From: Thermoleophilaceae bacterium
GTDB lineage: Bacteria; Actinomycetota; Thermoleophilia; Solirubrobacterales; Thermoleophilaceae
Length of the DNA stretch: 64,000 nucleotides
NCBI GenBank assembly: GCA_036389835.1
Contig: DASVWC010000017.1
Coordinates: 10,877 to 74,876, forward strand
Reading direction: 5' to 3'
Shown: positions 1 to 10,221 of the stretch, piece after piece
How the letters are laid out: every line of letters begins with the position of its first letter
How positions within the stretch are numbered: the first letter of the stretch is position 1
Position numbers and translations under genes: made by a program
The notes under the pieces: model-generated
The model's input: only the letters and a program-made list of their open reading frames with translations
Databases searched by the model: none
What the model was told of the DNA's origin: nothing

Positions 1-30
1 GCTGGCCGCCTCGGGGATCGAGCGAACTGC

Positions 31-76
31 GGCTGGGTAAGGGGGCGGGACCTCCCGTAGACCGCCCTACCCAGCC
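31..76. terminator. Imperfect GC-rich hairpin downstream of dprE2
   Basis: ggctgggta..gggcgg (31-48) pairs with ccgccctacccagcc (62-76), with one small bulge. It lies about 64 nt past the dprE2 stop (140-142, minus strand). There is no U-tract, so a terminator role is tentative. Confidence 0.3.
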
Positions 77-139
77 GCCGCTTGCGGGCCACGCCCGGCC
101 CGGGAGCCGCGCCGAGCGGAGCGGGCGCGCCGGCCGGAG

Positions 140-898
140 CTACAGGTCGAGCTTGCGGAACAGCGGGCGCGGCAGGTGCCGCAGGCCCGACATCACCGCG
201 CGCAGCGGCGCCGGCGCCCAGACCGTGTGCGCGCCCGTGCGCAGGCCGGCCGCGATCGCCTCGGCCACCGAGTCGGCGTCGGTGGAGAGCGGCGCGGGCT
301 CGAGCCCCTCGGTCATCTTCGTCTTCACGAAGCCCGGGCGGACCACCATCACGCGCACCCCGCTGCCCTCGAGCGAGTCGCCGAGCCCCTGCGCGAACGC
401 GTCCATCCCGGCCTTGGTCGAGCCGTAGACGAAGTTCGACGCCCGCGCGCGCTCGCCGGCCACCGACGACAGGTAGACGATCGTCCCGTGGCCCTGGGCG
501 CGCATCCGCTCGACCAGCGGGATGCTCACCGAGACCACGCCGGTGTAGTTGACCTGCGCCGACTGGACGGCGGCGTCGTGGTCCCGGGCGAGCCGCTCCT
601 GGTCGCCCAGCACGCCCCACGCGACGAGCACGAGGTCGACGTCGCCGAAGCGGTCGAAGACGTCGCCGACGAACCCGGCGTGAGACTCGAAGTCGAGCGC
701 GTCGAACGCGACCGCCTCGACGTCGGCGCCGAGCTCGCGGAGGTCACCCGCCGCCGTCTCGGCGGCCGCGGGATCGCGAGCCGCGAGAATCACGCGCTTC
801 GCGCGCTCGCGGACGAGCCGCCGGGCGGTCGCCAGCCCGATCTCGGACGTCCCGCCCAGCACCAGCACCGACTGCACGGCGCCCGTCGCGTCCCTCAC
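140..898 (-). CDS. dprE2: Decaprenylphospho-2-keto-ribose reductase (short-chain dehydrogenase), DprE2-like
   Basis: C-terminal 252 aa of ORF 140..1585. It has the SDR glycine motif [12 protein letters not shown] and the catalytic YGSTK. The GTG start at 898 overlaps the dprE1 stop (GTGA). The upstream part of the ORF is Arg/Pro junk. Confidence 0.85.
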   Translation of the reverse strand: MRDATGAVQSVLVLGGTSEIGLATARRLVRERAKRVILAARDPAAAETAAGDLRELGADVEAVAFDALDFESHAGFVGDVFDRFGDVDLVLVAWGVLGDQERLARDHDAAVQSAQVNYTGVVSVSIPLVERMRAQGHGTIVYLSSVAGERARASNFVYGSTKAGMDAFAQGLGDSLEGSGVRVMVVRPGFVKTKMTEGLEPAPLSTDADSVAEAIAAGLRTGAHTVWAPAPLRAVMSGLRHLPRPLFRKLDL

Positions 899-2256
899 GC
901 GAGCGCCAGCCTGCGGGCGAGGTCGGAGCGCATCACGCCGCCGGGGTCGACCCGCTCGCGCGCGGCGCGCCACTCGCCGAGCCGGCCGTACATGGCCTCG
1001 AGCACGTCGGGGCGCAGCCGCGAGTCCTTGGCGAGGTACACGCGCCCGCCGGCGCCGGCCACGATCTCGTCGAGGCCGTCGAGCAGCGGCGTCAGGCCCG
1101 GGAGGGCCGCCGGGATGTCGAGCGCGAGCGTCCAGCCCTTCATCGGGAACGAGATCATGCCCGTTCGCTGCTCGCCGAAGCGCTTCAGCACCGCCAGGAA
1201 CGACGGCGTGCCCGCCGCGCTGAGGCGCTCGATCGACTCGCGCAGCGCGTCCTCGGCCCCGTACGGCACGACGAGCTGGTACTGGAGGAACCCGCTCGGC
1301 CCGTAGATCCGGTTCCACGAGCCGACGGCGTCGAGCGGGTAGAAGAACTCGCGCACGCCCTCGACCCGGCCGGTCTCGTGCCTCGGCGCGGCGCGGTAGT
1401 AGGCCTCGTTGAAGGCGCGGATCGTCGAGCGCCGCAGGAGCCCTGGCGGCGTCCACGCCGGAGCCGACAGGCGGACGCCGCCGAGCACCCCGTTCCCCGC
1501 GGAGCCGTTGCCGCCCTCGGCGTGGTCGCCGCGGATCAGGACCGAGCGCCCGAGCGAGCCGCCGCGGGCGAGGCAGTCGATCCACGCGACCGAGTAGCGG
1601 TACTCGTCGTCGCGCTCGGACATGCGCGCCATCACGTCGTCGAGGTCCGACGCGCGCTCGCGGTCCACGACCATGTACGGCGAGCCGACCCTGAGCATCC
1701 GGATCGTCGCGGACGCGATCACCCCGGTCAGGCCCATGCCGCCGGCCGTCGCGTCGAACAGCTCGTCCCCGGGCTCCACCGTCACCCGCTCGCCCGCCGG
1801 CGTGACCAGCTCGAACGAGAGGACGTGGTCGCAGAACGAGCCGTCGGCGTGGTGGTTCTTGCCGTGCACGTCGGCGGCGATCGCGCCGCCGATCGTCACG
1901 TGCCAGGTCCCGGGCGTGACGTGCACGAACAGGCCGAGCGGCAGCAGCGCGCGCGTGAGCGCCTCGATGCTCACCCCCGCGTCGGCGGTCACGACCCCGC
2001 TCGCGAGGTCCACGTCGTGCACGCGCGCGAGGCCCTCCATCAGCAGCACCCGGCCGCCCGCGTTCTGCGCGGCGTCGCCGTAGCTGCGCCCCAGCCCGCG
2101 GGCGAGCACGCCGCGCGGCCCCGGCTCCGCGAGCGCCGCGGCGATCGCCTCGCCGTCGGCGTCGATCACCTCCGCGCGGCTCGGAGCGGTCCTGCCCCAG
2201 CCCGTGAGGACCGCCTCGCGGGCGCGGCTCGGCGCGGCCTCAGAGGAAGTAGACAC
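895..2256 (-). CDS. dprE1: FAD-dependent decaprenylphosphoryl-beta-D-ribose 2-oxidase, DprE1-like
   Basis: 453 aa. It contains GLGRSYGD and an FAD-binding PCMH-type domain. The C-terminus [13 protein letters not shown]...[11 protein letters not shown]...DLARRL is collinear with mycobacterial DprE1. Confidence 0.9.
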   Translation of the reverse strand: MSTSSEAAPSRAREAVLTGWGRTAPSRAEVIDADGEAIAAALAEPGPRGVLARGLGRSYGDAAQNAGGRVLLMEGLARVHDVDLASGVVTADAGVSIEALTRALLPLGLFVHVTPGTWHVTIGGAIAADVHGKNHHADGSFCDHVLSFELVTPAGERVTVEPGDELFDATAGGMGLTGVIASATIRMLRVGSPYMVVDRERASDLDDVMARMSERDDEYRYSVAWIDCLARGGSLGRSVLIRGDHAEGGNGSAGNGVLGGVRLSAPAWTPPGLLRRSTIRAFNEAYYRAAPRHETGRVEGVREFFYPLDAVGSWNRIYGPSGFLQYQLVVPYGAEDALRESIERLSAAGTPSFLAVLKRFGEQRTGMISFPMKGWTLALDIPAALPGLTPLLDGLDEIVAGAGGRVYLAKDSRLRPDVLEAMYGRLGEWRAARERVDPGGVMRSDLARRLALA

Positions 2257-3190
2257 CGGCCCCGAACAGGACGATCCAGACCCCCGCGAGAGCGGCGAGG
2301 ATCCGGTCGCCGAGCACCACGTCCTCGGGCGCCTCGCCGTGGCCGGCCTCGAGCAGCATCGCGTAGCGCAGCATGAAGGTCACGAACGGGACTATCGACA
2401 GCTCGTAGAACGGGACGTCGCCCTCCTTCGGCGCCATCTCGAACGCCCACAGGCAGTAGGCGGCGATCGTGACGCCGGACGCCATCGTCCAGACGTACTT
2501 GAGGTAGTCGCGCGAGTAGGCCGCGAGCGTCGCGCGCACCTCGCCGCGCGCCTCGTCGAGGTCGATGTGCTCGCCGTGGCGCTTGCCGGCGACGATGAAC
2601 AGCGAGCCGAACGAGGCGACGATGATGAACCAGCGCGAGAGCGGGACGTCCGCCGCGGCGCCGCCTGCCACGGCGCGCAGGATGAAGCCGGACGCGATCG
2701 CGACGATGTCCACGACCTCGACGTGCTTCAGCCAGAGCGTGTAGCTGGTCGTGAGGACCATGTAGGAGGCCACCACGATCAGCAGCTCGACGCGCACGAC
2801 CAGCGCCAGGCCGAGGCCGGCCACGATCAGCACCCCGGCCAGCGCCAGCGCCAAACCGACCGGCACGATGCCCGCCGCGATCGGGCGGTTGCGCTTGCGC
2901 GGGTGGAGGCGGTCGGCCTCCACGTCGCGCGAGTCGTTCAGCAGGTAGGTGCCGCTCGAGACCAGGCAGAACGCGACGAAGGCGAGCGCGACGTCGAGCA
3001 GCACGTCGGACTCGGTGAGCACGCCCGCGGCCCCCGGGGCGGCGGCCACCAGCACGTTCTTGAGCCACTGCTTGGGCCGCAGCGCGCGCACGATGCCGCC
3101 GGCGAGCCCCTGCCTGGGGGCCGTGCCTGGAGCGAGCGTCGCCGTGTCGGCCGCGGCCGGCGCGGTCGCCGTGTCGAGTCCCTCCGCCAC
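2240..3190 (-). CDS. UbiA-family decaprenyl-phosphate 5-phosphoribosyltransferase
   Basis: 316 aa polytopic protein. The motif [25 protein letters not shown] (NDxxDxxxD plus HPxKxxRP) is typical of the Rv3806c type. It overlaps the dprE1 start by 17 nt. Confidence 0.85.
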   Translation of the reverse strand: MAEGLDTATAPAAADTATLAPGTAPRQGLAGGIVRALRPKQWLKNVLVAAAPGAAGVLTESDVLLDVALAFVAFCLVSSGTYLLNDSRDVEADRLHPRKRNRPIAAGIVPVGLALALAGVLIVAGLGLALVVRVELLIVVASYMVLTTSYTLWLKHVEVVDIVAIASGFILRAVAGGAAADVPLSRWFIIVASFGSLFIVAGKRHGEHIDLDEARGEVRATLAAYSRDYLKYVWTMASGVTIAAYCLWAFEMAPKEGDVPFYELSIVPFVTFMLRYAMLLEAGHGEAPEDVVLGDRILAALAGVWIVLFGAGVYFL

Positions 3191-3200
3191 GAGGGCCAGT

Positions 3201-4988
3201 CTACGTGCGCCCGTCCGCCCAGAGCACCGCTTGCACGGCTCCTACCGGCTCGCCGCGGGCGACCGCGCGCAGCCAGATCTCCGCGGTGAGCGGGCCGAGC
3301 GCGCAGCACATGGCCGGCACCCGCGCGTCCCAGTCCGCGCGGGCGACGCCGAGCGCCTCGCGCAGCAGCCCGTCGCGCAGGAAGTCCTCGCGCACGGCGC
3401 CGCCGAGGTAGCGCGCCACGTCGAAGCCGAAGCCGACCTTCTCGCGCGCGACCACGCCCGCCGGCAGCAGGCGCCGGCCCAGCTCGCGCAGCGGCGCCTT
3501 GCGCTCCGGCTCGACCCGCCGCTCGAGCGGCATGTTGAGCGCGAGCGCCACCACGTCCGGGTCGAGGAACGGGACCCGCGTCTCGACCGAGTGGCGCATC
3601 GTGGCCTTGTCCTGGCGGTTGAGCAGGTGCGGCAGGTAGGTCGACAGGTCGGCGGCCAGACCGGCCTCCAGGCGCCCGCGCGGGCCGGGATGGTGGGCGT
3701 ACGCGCGCAGCGCTCGCTCGAAGCGCTCGCGCTCGAACGCGCTGACCTCCGCGGACGGGCCCGGCAGCGGGTCGGGGATCGCGCGCCCGGCCAGCACGCC
3801 GCGGCGCTGGAGCGCGCGCAGCGCGGCCCGCGCGGCGGCCTCGGGGCGGCGGCGCGCGGCGAAGTCCGCGAACGCGTGGTGGTGGAGCCACGAGTAGCCG
3901 CCGAACAGCTCGTCCGCGCCCTCGCCGCTCAGCAGCACCTTGACCCCGCGCTCCCGCGCGAGCCGCGCTATGGCCGCCATCGGCACCGAGCTCTCGTGGG
4001 TGAGCGGGTACTCGACGTGGCGGACCACGTCCACGAGCTCCGCGCGCCATTCGGCAGCGGTCATCGTCACCGTGTGCAGCTCCACCCCCAGGTGCTCGGC
4101 CACCGCGGCCGCCCAGCGCCCCTCGTCCCACTCCGGCTGGTCGGCGATCCGCGCGTTGAAGGCGTGGACCGTGCCGGCCTCCGCCGCCAGCGCGGTGATC
4201 AGCCCGGAGTCGAGCCCCCCGGAGCACATCGTGCCGAGCGGGACGTCGGCCATCAGCCGCCTGCGCACCGACGCGCGCAGCGCGGCCTCGAGGTCGCCGG
4301 GCTCCTCGCCGACCGCGTCCAGCGGGTCGTACCAGCCGCGCTCGCGCGTGGCGAGCGTCTCGAGGTCCACCTCCACGAGCGTGCCCGGCATCACGCGCTC
4401 GATCGCGGCGAGCGGCGTCCGCGGCCCGTTGGCCCAGCCGCGCTCGACCGCGTGGGCGAGCACGTCGCGGCGCACCTCGCCGGGCACTCCGGCCGCCAGC
4501 AGCGCGCGCATCTCGCTGGCGAACCAGAGGGCGCCGCCGTGGCGGGCGAGGTAGAGCGGCTTGACCCCGAAGCGGTCGCGCACGAGCAGCAGCCGGCCGC
4601 GCTCGCGGTCGAGCGCGGCGTAGGCGAACAGGCCGTTGCAGCGCGGCACGGCGTCCGCGCCCCAGCGCGCGAGCGCCTCGACCAGCGTCTCGGTGTCGCT
4701 TCCCCCGCGCCACGCGACGCCCGGCAGCTCCTCGCGCAGCTCGAGGTGGTTGAAGACCTCGCCGTTGTAGGTGAGCAGCCAGCGGCCGCCGGCGTCGGCC
4801 ATCGGCGCGTGGCCGGCGGAGGTCGGGTCGACGATCGCGAGGCGGCGGTGGACGAGCCCGGCGGCGCCCTCGACCGCGATCCCCTCGTCGTCGGGCCCGC
4901 GGTGCTCGAGCGCGCGCGCCATGCGCTCGAGCGCGGCGCGGTCGGGCGCGTGCCCGGGCGCGGCGACGCACCCGGCTATGCCGCACAC
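3201..4988 (-). CDS. asnB: Asparagine synthase (glutamine-hydrolysing) / sugar amidotransferase-type AsnB
   Basis: 595 aa. The N-terminus MCGIAG keeps the Ntn Cys2 nucleophile, and the PP-loop is MCSGGLDSGL. Confidence 0.9.
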   Translation of the reverse strand: MCGIAGCVAAPGHAPDRAALERMARALEHRGPDDEGIAVEGAAGLVHRRLAIVDPTSAGHAPMADAGGRWLLTYNGEVFNHLELREELPGVAWRGGSDTETLVEALARWGADAVPRCNGLFAYAALDRERGRLLLVRDRFGVKPLYLARHGGALWFASEMRALLAAGVPGEVRRDVLAHAVERGWANGPRTPLAAIERVMPGTLVEVDLETLATRERGWYDPLDAVGEEPGDLEAALRASVRRRLMADVPLGTMCSGGLDSGLITALAAEAGTVHAFNARIADQPEWDEGRWAAAVAEHLGVELHTVTMTAAEWRAELVDVVRHVEYPLTHESSVPMAAIARLARERGVKVLLSGEGADELFGGYSWLHHHAFADFAARRRPEAAARAALRALQRRGVLAGRAIPDPLPGPSAEVSAFERERFERALRAYAHHPGPRGRLEAGLAADLSTYLPHLLNRQDKATMRHSVETRVPFLDPDVVALALNMPLERRVEPERKAPLRELGRRLLPAGVVAREKVGFGFDVARYLGGAVREDFLRDGLLREALGVARADWDARVPAMCCALGPLTAEIWLRAVARGEPVGAVQAVLWADGRT

Positions 4989-4994
4989 GGGTGG

Positions 4995-5396
4995 CTAGCT
5001 CGGCTCGGCGTCCAGGTCGAGCGCGGCGGAGTTGATGCAGTAGCGCTGGCCGGTCGGGTTCGGTCCGTCGTCGAAGACGTGCCCGAGGTGGCCGCCGCAG
5101 TTCGCGCAGACGACCTCGGTGCGGACCATGCCGTGGCTGCGGTCCTCGCGCACCTCGACGCCGCCCTCGTCCATCGGCTCGTAGAAGCTCGGCCAGCCGG
5201 TGCCGGAGTCGAACTTCGTGTCCGAGCTGAACAGCGGCGAGCCGCACGCGGCGCAGTTGTAGGTGCCGCTCTCCTTGGTGTAGACGTACTCGCCGGTGAA
5301 CGGGGGCTCCGTCCCCTGGCGCCTGAGGATCTCGTACTGCTCCGGCGTGAGCTGCTCACGCCACTCCTGCTCGCTCTTGTCGACCTTGGGGCTCAT
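4995..5396 (-). CDS. msrB: Peptide-methionine (R)-S-oxide reductase
   Basis: 133 aa starting at the ATG at 5396. It has two CxxC pairs ([21 protein letters not shown]) and GWPSF. The rest of ORF 4995..6347 is off-frame junk. Confidence 0.95.
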   Translation of the reverse strand: MSPKVDKSEQEWREQLTPEQYEILRRQGTEPPFTGEYVYTKESGTYNCAACGSPLFSSDTKFDSGTGWPSFYEPMDEGGVEVREDRSHGMVRTEVVCANCGGHLGHVFDDGPNPTGQRYCINSAALDLDAEPS

Positions 5397-5407
5397 GCCC
5401 CTCAGTC

Positions 5408-7108
5408 TCACATACCGCGTCGGCGCAGCACGTGCGGCACCGTCCGCAGCAGGATCTTCAGGTCGAGCCAGAGCGACCAGTTGGCGCGGTAGAGGTAGTC
5501 GATCGTGACCATGTCGGTCATCGGCACCCGCGAGGAGCCGAGCACCTGCCACGCGCCGGTCATGCCAGGCGTGACCTCGAGCCGGCGGCGCGACCAGCCC
5601 TCGATCCGCGCGTCCTCCTCGTCGATCAGCGGGCGCGGCCCCACGAGGCTCATCTCGCCGCGCAGCACGTTCAGGAGCTGCGGCAGCTCGTCGAGCGACG
5701 TGCGGCGCAGCAGCCGCCCTACCGGCGTCACGCGCGGGTCGTCGGCGATCTTGAAGAAGCCGTCGGCCTCGTTGCGGTGCAGCAGCTCGGCCTTCTGGCG
5801 GTCGGCCCCGTCGTACATCGTGCGGAACTTGAACATGTCGAACGCCGCGCCGGCGCGCCCGACCCGCTTCTGACGGAACAGCACCGGCCCCGGCGAGGTC
5901 AGCTTGATCGCCAGCGCCGCCGCGGCGAACAGGGGGGCGAGCAGCACCAGCCCGGCGCTGGCGGCGCCCAGGTCGAGCGCTCGCTTGAGGAACGCGGAGG
6001 ACTTCGTGAGGTCGTAGCGGCGGATGCCGAGCAGCGTGAGGCCGCCGAGGTCGTCGAACTCCACCGAAGAGCCGACCACCTCGAAGAGGCGCGGGACGAC
6101 GCTGACCTTGACGCCCAGTCCCTTGACGGTGCGGATCGTGTCCAGCATCTCGCTCGAGCTCTCGCCGTGGGGGCAGATCACGACGCGGTCGATCCGGTCG
6201 CGGCGCAGGACGAAGTCGAGCTCCGCGAGGATCCCCCTGACGTCCTCGCCGCGCTGGGCCTGCGGCTCGTGCTCGACCGGCACGCGGCCGACGATCTCCG
6301 CCTTCACCGGCGAGACGTTGGCGAGCTTCTCCTGGATCCGGCGGCACTCCTGCGAGCTGCCCAGCACGAGGATCCGCTCAGCGGTCGCGGCGCGCAGCGC
6401 GACGCGGCGGGCGACCGAGCGCGTGGCGCCCATCAGCAGGACGAGCGAGGCGACGGTGAAGAGCACCTCGGGCTTTCCGAAGGCGGTGGTCGCGAGGTGG
6501 TCGTCCACGAACCAGGCGACGATCGCGAACGTGAGCGCGACGTGGAAGAGCTTGGGGATCTCGTCGAGCGTCGTCTTGTGGAGGACGTGCTCGTCGCGGT
6601 CGTAGAGCCCGACGACCTTGCTGATCAGGACGATCAGCGGCAGGATCAGGAAGAGCGCGTAGCGGGGCGTGGCGTCGTTGAGGACGATGGCCGCGCTGAG
6701 GACGACCGCGGCGGACGCCATGTCCGCCACGCCGAGCGCGCGACGGTGGAGGGCATCGCGGTCGACCGTCGCGGCGGCGCGCTCGCCCTCGCGGATCGGC
6801 CTGGCGGTGGTGCGGGCATCGGCGAGCTCGGAGAGCTCGCGCGCGGCGCGGCGCACGGCGGGGAGCTGGAGCGCGTCGAGCGTCGCGACGGCGCCGCCGG
6901 AGTGACCGTTGCCGTTGCCGTTCGCGTTGCCGTTGCCGTTCGCGTGGCCGTTGCCGTTCGCGTGGCCGTTGCCGTTGCCGTTCGCGTGGCCGTTGCCCCT
7001 GACGAACCGCCGGCCGTTGCCGCTCGGCCGCGCGTCATGCGCAGGCGGCGGCGAACTCGGTGCTCCGGCCTCAACAGCCGGTGCGTCGACAACTCCCCCC
7101 TCACTCAT
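5408..7108 (-). CDS. Polyprenyl-phosphate glycosyl-phosphotransferase (bacterial sugar transferase, WbaP/EPS priming type)
   Basis: 566 aa with several TM helices. The C-terminal domain is [22 protein letters not shown]...[10 protein letters not shown]. The N-terminus carries an Asn/Gly/His repeat. Confidence 0.9.
   Translation of the reverse strand: MSEGGVVDAPAVEAGAPSSPPPAHDARPSGNGRRFVRGNGHANGNGNGHANGNGHANGNGNANGNGNGHSGGAVATLDALQLPAVRRAARELSELADARTTARPIREGERAAATVDRDALHRRALGVADMASAAVVLSAAIVLNDATPRYALFLILPLIVLISKVVGLYDRDEHVLHKTTLDEIPKLFHVALTFAIVAWFVDDHLATTAFGKPEVLFTVASLVLLMGATRSVARRVALRAATAERILVLGSSQECRRIQEKLANVSPVKAEIVGRVPVEHEPQAQRGEDVRGILAELDFVLRRDRIDRVVICPHGESSSEMLDTIRTVKGLGVKVSVVPRLFEVVGSSVEFDDLGGLTLLGIRRYDLTKSSAFLKRALDLGAASAGLVLLAPLFAAAALAIKLTSPGPVLFRQKRVGRAGAAFDMFKFRTMYDGADRQKAELLHRNEADGFFKIADDPRVTPVGRLLRRTSLDELPQLLNVLRGEMSLVGPRPLIDEEDARIEGWSRRRLEVTPGMTGAWQVLGSSRVPMTDMVTIDYLYRANWSLWLDLKILLRTVPHVLRRRGM
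6904..6998 (-). repeat. In-frame tandem about 18-nt repeat encoding (H/N)ANGNG units
   Basis: The unit gccgttgccgttcgcgtg is repeated about 5 times. On the minus strand it translates to [32 protein letters not shown] in the N-terminal cytoplasmic tail of the priming transferase. Confidence 0.8.
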
Positions 7109-7398
7109 GCCTCACAGCCCCCCCGGTCGCGTAGCCCGGATCAGATTCGGAGCGAGTACCGCACCAACGGTCGCTCCTCGCCGCCTCCTGCGGATACACC
7201 CCTCATCCCCTGAAAGGTGGGCGGAAAAACCGTTTGTTCGGCGATCACCCTGCCGCCGCCAGCTTAGCGTCGAAATTCGTCCGTGGCGCCACTCGCTCCC
7301 GGCGTGGGCGGGCCCGTCACCGCGCTGACACGCTCGCGGCCGAGGCGGGAGCCGCGCGGGTCGCACGGTCGCCGCCTCAACGCATATCGTTGCGGCCC

Positions 7399-8118
7399 GT
7401 GGATCTCAAGGAGCGAGTCGACGCGCGCGGCTGGTACCACACCATCGAGCTCGCGCCGGGCGTCACCACCAAGGGCTGGTTCGACCTGCGCCCGTTCATG
7501 CACGCCTACGGGCTGCCGGAGCGCCTCGACGGGAAGCGCGCGCTCGACGTGGGCACCTGGGACGGCTTCTGGGCGTTCGAGATGGAGCGCCGCGGAGCCG
7601 AGGTGGTGGCCCTCGACCTCGACGACGAGCGCGACCTCGACTACCCGCCGCGCCGCCGCCCCAGGGAATTCCCCGACGAGCCGCGCGGGCAGGGCTTCCA
7701 CATCGCCAGGGAGGCGCTCGACTCGAAGGTCGAGCGGGTGAACCTCAGCGTCTACGACGCGACGCCCGAGGAGCTCGGCAGCTTCGACCTCGTCTTCTGC
7801 GGCAGCGTGCTGATCCACCTGCGCGACCAGCTGCTCGCGCTCGAGCGGATCGCCGGCCTCTGCACGGGCACGTTCATCTCGGCCGAGGAGTACGACCGCG
7901 CCTCCAACCTCATCCCGTTCCCGGTCTCCCGCTACCGGGCCGACCGCGACAAGGCGGTCGTGTTCTGGCTGCCATCGATCCGCACCTGGCGGCGCATGCT
8001 GTGGACGGCGGGGTTCGACCGGATCGAGAACCGCGGCAAGTTCAAGCTGAAGTCCACCGAGGGCTTCGACGTGCCGCACGTCGTGCACCACGCGCACAAG
8101 GACGGTGGCGGCGGCTAG
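7399..8118 (+). CDS. Class I SAM-dependent methyltransferase
   Basis: The motif ALDVGTWDGFWAFEMERRGAEVVALD is SAM motif I, and DLVFCGSVLIHL is also present. The start is uncertain: GTG 7399 or TTG 7390. The ORF opens at 7234 but its first about 55 aa are Arg/Ala-rich. Confidence 0.75.
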   Translation: MDLKERVDARGWYHTIELAPGVTTKGWFDLRPFMHAYGLPERLDGKRALDVGTWDGFWAFEMERRGAEVVALDLDDERDLDYPPRRRPREFPDEPRGQGFHIAREALDSKVERVNLSVYDATPEELGSFDLVFCGSVLIHLRDQLLALERIAGLCTGTFISAEEYDRASNLIPFPVSRYRADRDKAVVFWLPSIRTWRRMLWTAGFDRIENRGKFKLKSTEGFDVPHVVHHAHKDGGGG

Positions 8119-9106
8119 CCGGTCGGGCGCACCGCGGCCGGACGCGCCCGAGCTGTCGGTCGTGGTGCCCTCGCACGAGCGCCCGGTGCGGCTGCGCTGG
8201 CTGCTCAACGCGCTCGAGGAGCAGACGCTGGAGCGCGACCGCTGGGAGCTCGTGGTGGTGCACGACTCCGGCGAGGACACCGAGCGGCTGCTGCGCGAGC
8301 ACCCGCTCGCCGCCGCGGGCGTGCTCCGGCACGTGCGGCTCGCGCGCGGCACCGGCTCGGCCGCGCGCCAGCGCAACGTGGGCTGGCGCGAGGCGCGCGC
8401 TCCCCTGATCGCCTTCACCGACGACGACTGCCGGCCCGAGGCGGACTGGCTCGAGCGGATGCTCGAGGCGGCTCGGACGAACCCGGGCGCCGTGATCCAG
8501 GGACGCACCAAGCCGGACCCGTACGAGGCCGAGATCATGGACTGGGCCCCGCGGCCGCGGTCGATCGACATCGACCCACCCACTCCGCACGCCCAGACCT
8601 GCAACATCCTCTATCCGCGCGCGGCGCTCGAGCGCGTGGACGGCTTCGACGAGTCGATCCGCACCGCCGGCGAGGACTGGGACCTCGCCGCCCGCGCGCA
8701 GAAGGCGGGGGCGGGCTACGTCGGGGAGCCGCGGGCGACCGTCTACCACGCCGTCGACACGTTCTCGCTGCTGGGCCTGATGCGCTTCAACAGCCGCTGG
8801 CAGACGCTCGCGCTCGTGCTCAAGCGACACCCGGAGCAGCGCGGGGTGCTCGCGCACGGGCTGTTCTGGAAGCGCCGCCACGCGCTGCTGGTCCCGGCGC
8901 TGGCCGGGGTCGCGCTGTCGCGCCGGTCCCCCGCGCTCGCGCTGCTCGCCGTCCCGTACGTGCGCGACGCGATGCCCTACCACGGCGGCGGGCCGCTCGG
9001 GCGGGCCCGCGCCGCGGTCGAGCTGACGGGCCGCGCGGCGGTCGACCTCTCGGAGCTGTGGGCGATGGTCCGGGGCAGCGCGCGGTTCGGGACGCTCGTC
9101 CTTTGA
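8105..9106 (+). CDS. Glycosyltransferase family 2
   Basis: 333 aa with LSVVVPSHERP at the N-terminus and a FTDDDC DxD motif. A membrane-associated C-terminal region follows. Confidence 0.85.
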   Translation: MAAASRSGAPRPDAPELSVVVPSHERPVRLRWLLNALEEQTLERDRWELVVVHDSGEDTERLLREHPLAAAGVLRHVRLARGTGSAARQRNVGWREARAPLIAFTDDDCRPEADWLERMLEAARTNPGAVIQGRTKPDPYEAEIMDWAPRPRSIDIDPPTPHAQTCNILYPRAALERVDGFDESIRTAGEDWDLAARAQKAGAGYVGEPRATVYHAVDTFSLLGLMRFNSRWQTLALVLKRHPEQRGVLAHGLFWKRRHALLVPALAGVALSRRSPALALLAVPYVRDAMPYHGGGPLGRARAAVELTGRAAVDLSELWAMVRGSARFGTLVL

Positions 9107-10221
9107 GCGCCGGGCGGCCGCGCGTGGCGCTGCTCCACCCGTGCTTCTTCCCCGAGGTCAGGCGCGGGAGCGAGCGGATCATCCGCGACCTCGCCACGTC
9201 CCTGCTCGAGCTCGGCCACCGGCCGCGGCTGATCACCAGCCACCCCGCGGCGCCGAGCCGCACGGTCGAGGACGGCCTGCCGATCGTGCGCCACTGGCGG
9301 CCGCCGGAGCGCCGGCTCACGCGCCGGCTGATCCCGGAGTACTCGACGCACGTGCCGTTCGCGTACGCGTCGCTGCGCGCCGGCGGCGACGACCTCGCGC
9401 ACGCCTTCCACTTCACCGACGCGGCGGCGACGCTGCGCTGGCGCGAGCGGACCGGCCGCCCCGCCGTCTTCTCGTACATGGGGCTGCCGGAGCGTCCGGC
9501 GCTCGCCAACCGGCGCGGGAAGCTGCGCCTGCTCACGGCCGCGGCGACCGAGAGCGACGCGGTGCTCGTGCTCTCGCACGCGGCGGCCCGCGCGATGGAG
9601 CGCTGGCTCGGCGTGACGCCGCGCGTGATCCACCCCGGCGTGGACCTCGCCACCTTCACGCCCGGCGGCGCGCGCGACCCCGAGCCCGCGATCCTCTGCA
9701 CCGCGGCGCCAGACGACCCGCGCAAGCGCGTGGACCTGCTGGCGGCCGCGTTCGCCCTCGTGCGGCGCGAGCGGCCGGGCGCGCACCTGATCGCGCTGCG
9801 CCCGCACGCCCCTGGCGGCGTGGCGCGGGCCGGCCTCGACCAGGACGGCGTGGAGCTCTTCGACGCGGTCGACGACCCGGCGCTGCTGGCGCCGCTGTAC
9901 CGGCGCGCCTGGGTCTCGGCGCTGCCGTCGCGCGCCGAGGCGTTCGGCGTGGTGATGCTCGAGTCGCTCGCCTGCGGCACCCCCGTCGTGGCGAGCCAGG
10001 ACGCAGCCGCGCCGGAGGTGATCGACGACTCCGGCGTGGGCGTGCTCTTCGGCGATCCGTCGCCCGAGGCCGTCGCGCGCGCGCTGCTGGAGGCGCTCGA
10101 CCTGGCGGAGGACCCCGCTACGGCGGACGCGTGCCGGGCGCGCGCGGGCGAGTTCTCGACCGGCCGGACCGGGCGCGAGCACGCCGCGCTGTACAGCGAG
10201 CTGCTGGACCGCGCCGCGTGA
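9103..10221 (+). CDS. Glycosyltransferase family 4 (GT-B)
   Basis: The N-terminus is VALLHPCFFPEVRRGSER, and the EX7E-type C-terminus is SRAEAFGVVMLESLACGTPVV. The start is TTG 9103 (overlapping the previous stop) or GTG 9124. Confidence 0.8.
   Translation: MSAGRPRVALLHPCFFPEVRRGSERIIRDLATSLLELGHRPRLITSHPAAPSRTVEDGLPIVRHWRPPERRLTRRLIPEYSTHVPFAYASLRAGGDDLAHAFHFTDAAATLRWRERTGRPAVFSYMGLPERPALANRRGKLRLLTAAATESDAVLVLSHAAARAMERWLGVTPRVIHPGVDLATFTPGGARDPEPAILCTAAPDDPRKRVDLLAAAFALVRRERPGAHLIALRPHAPGGVARAGLDQDGVELFDAVDDPALLAPLYRRAWVSALPSRAEAFGVVMLESLACGTPVVASQDAAAPEVIDDSGVGVLFGDPSPEAVARALLEALDLAEDPATADACRARAGEFSTGRTGREHAALYSELLDRAA

Noticed and set aside
82-1585. ORFs 82..552, 176..1306 (+) and the N-terminal 229 aa of 140..1585 (-)
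   Set aside because: They overlap dprE2/dprE1 in other frames and have Arg/Pro/Ala-rich composition. The dprE2 reading begins at the GTG at 898, coupled to the dprE1 stop.
2938-5492. Long ORFs 2938..5247 (-) and 2949..5492 (+) overlapping asnB and msrB
   Set aside because: These are low-complexity Arg/Ala/Pro translations. asnB and msrB, in other frames, have clear catalytic motifs.
6904-6998. Tandem repeats (also 39056-39154 and 53004-53099) as possible CRISPR or VNTR-type non-coding arrays
   Set aside because: The units are 12-18 nt, contiguous without spacers, and in frame inside well-supported CDS. They are coding low-complexity repeats, not CRISPR.
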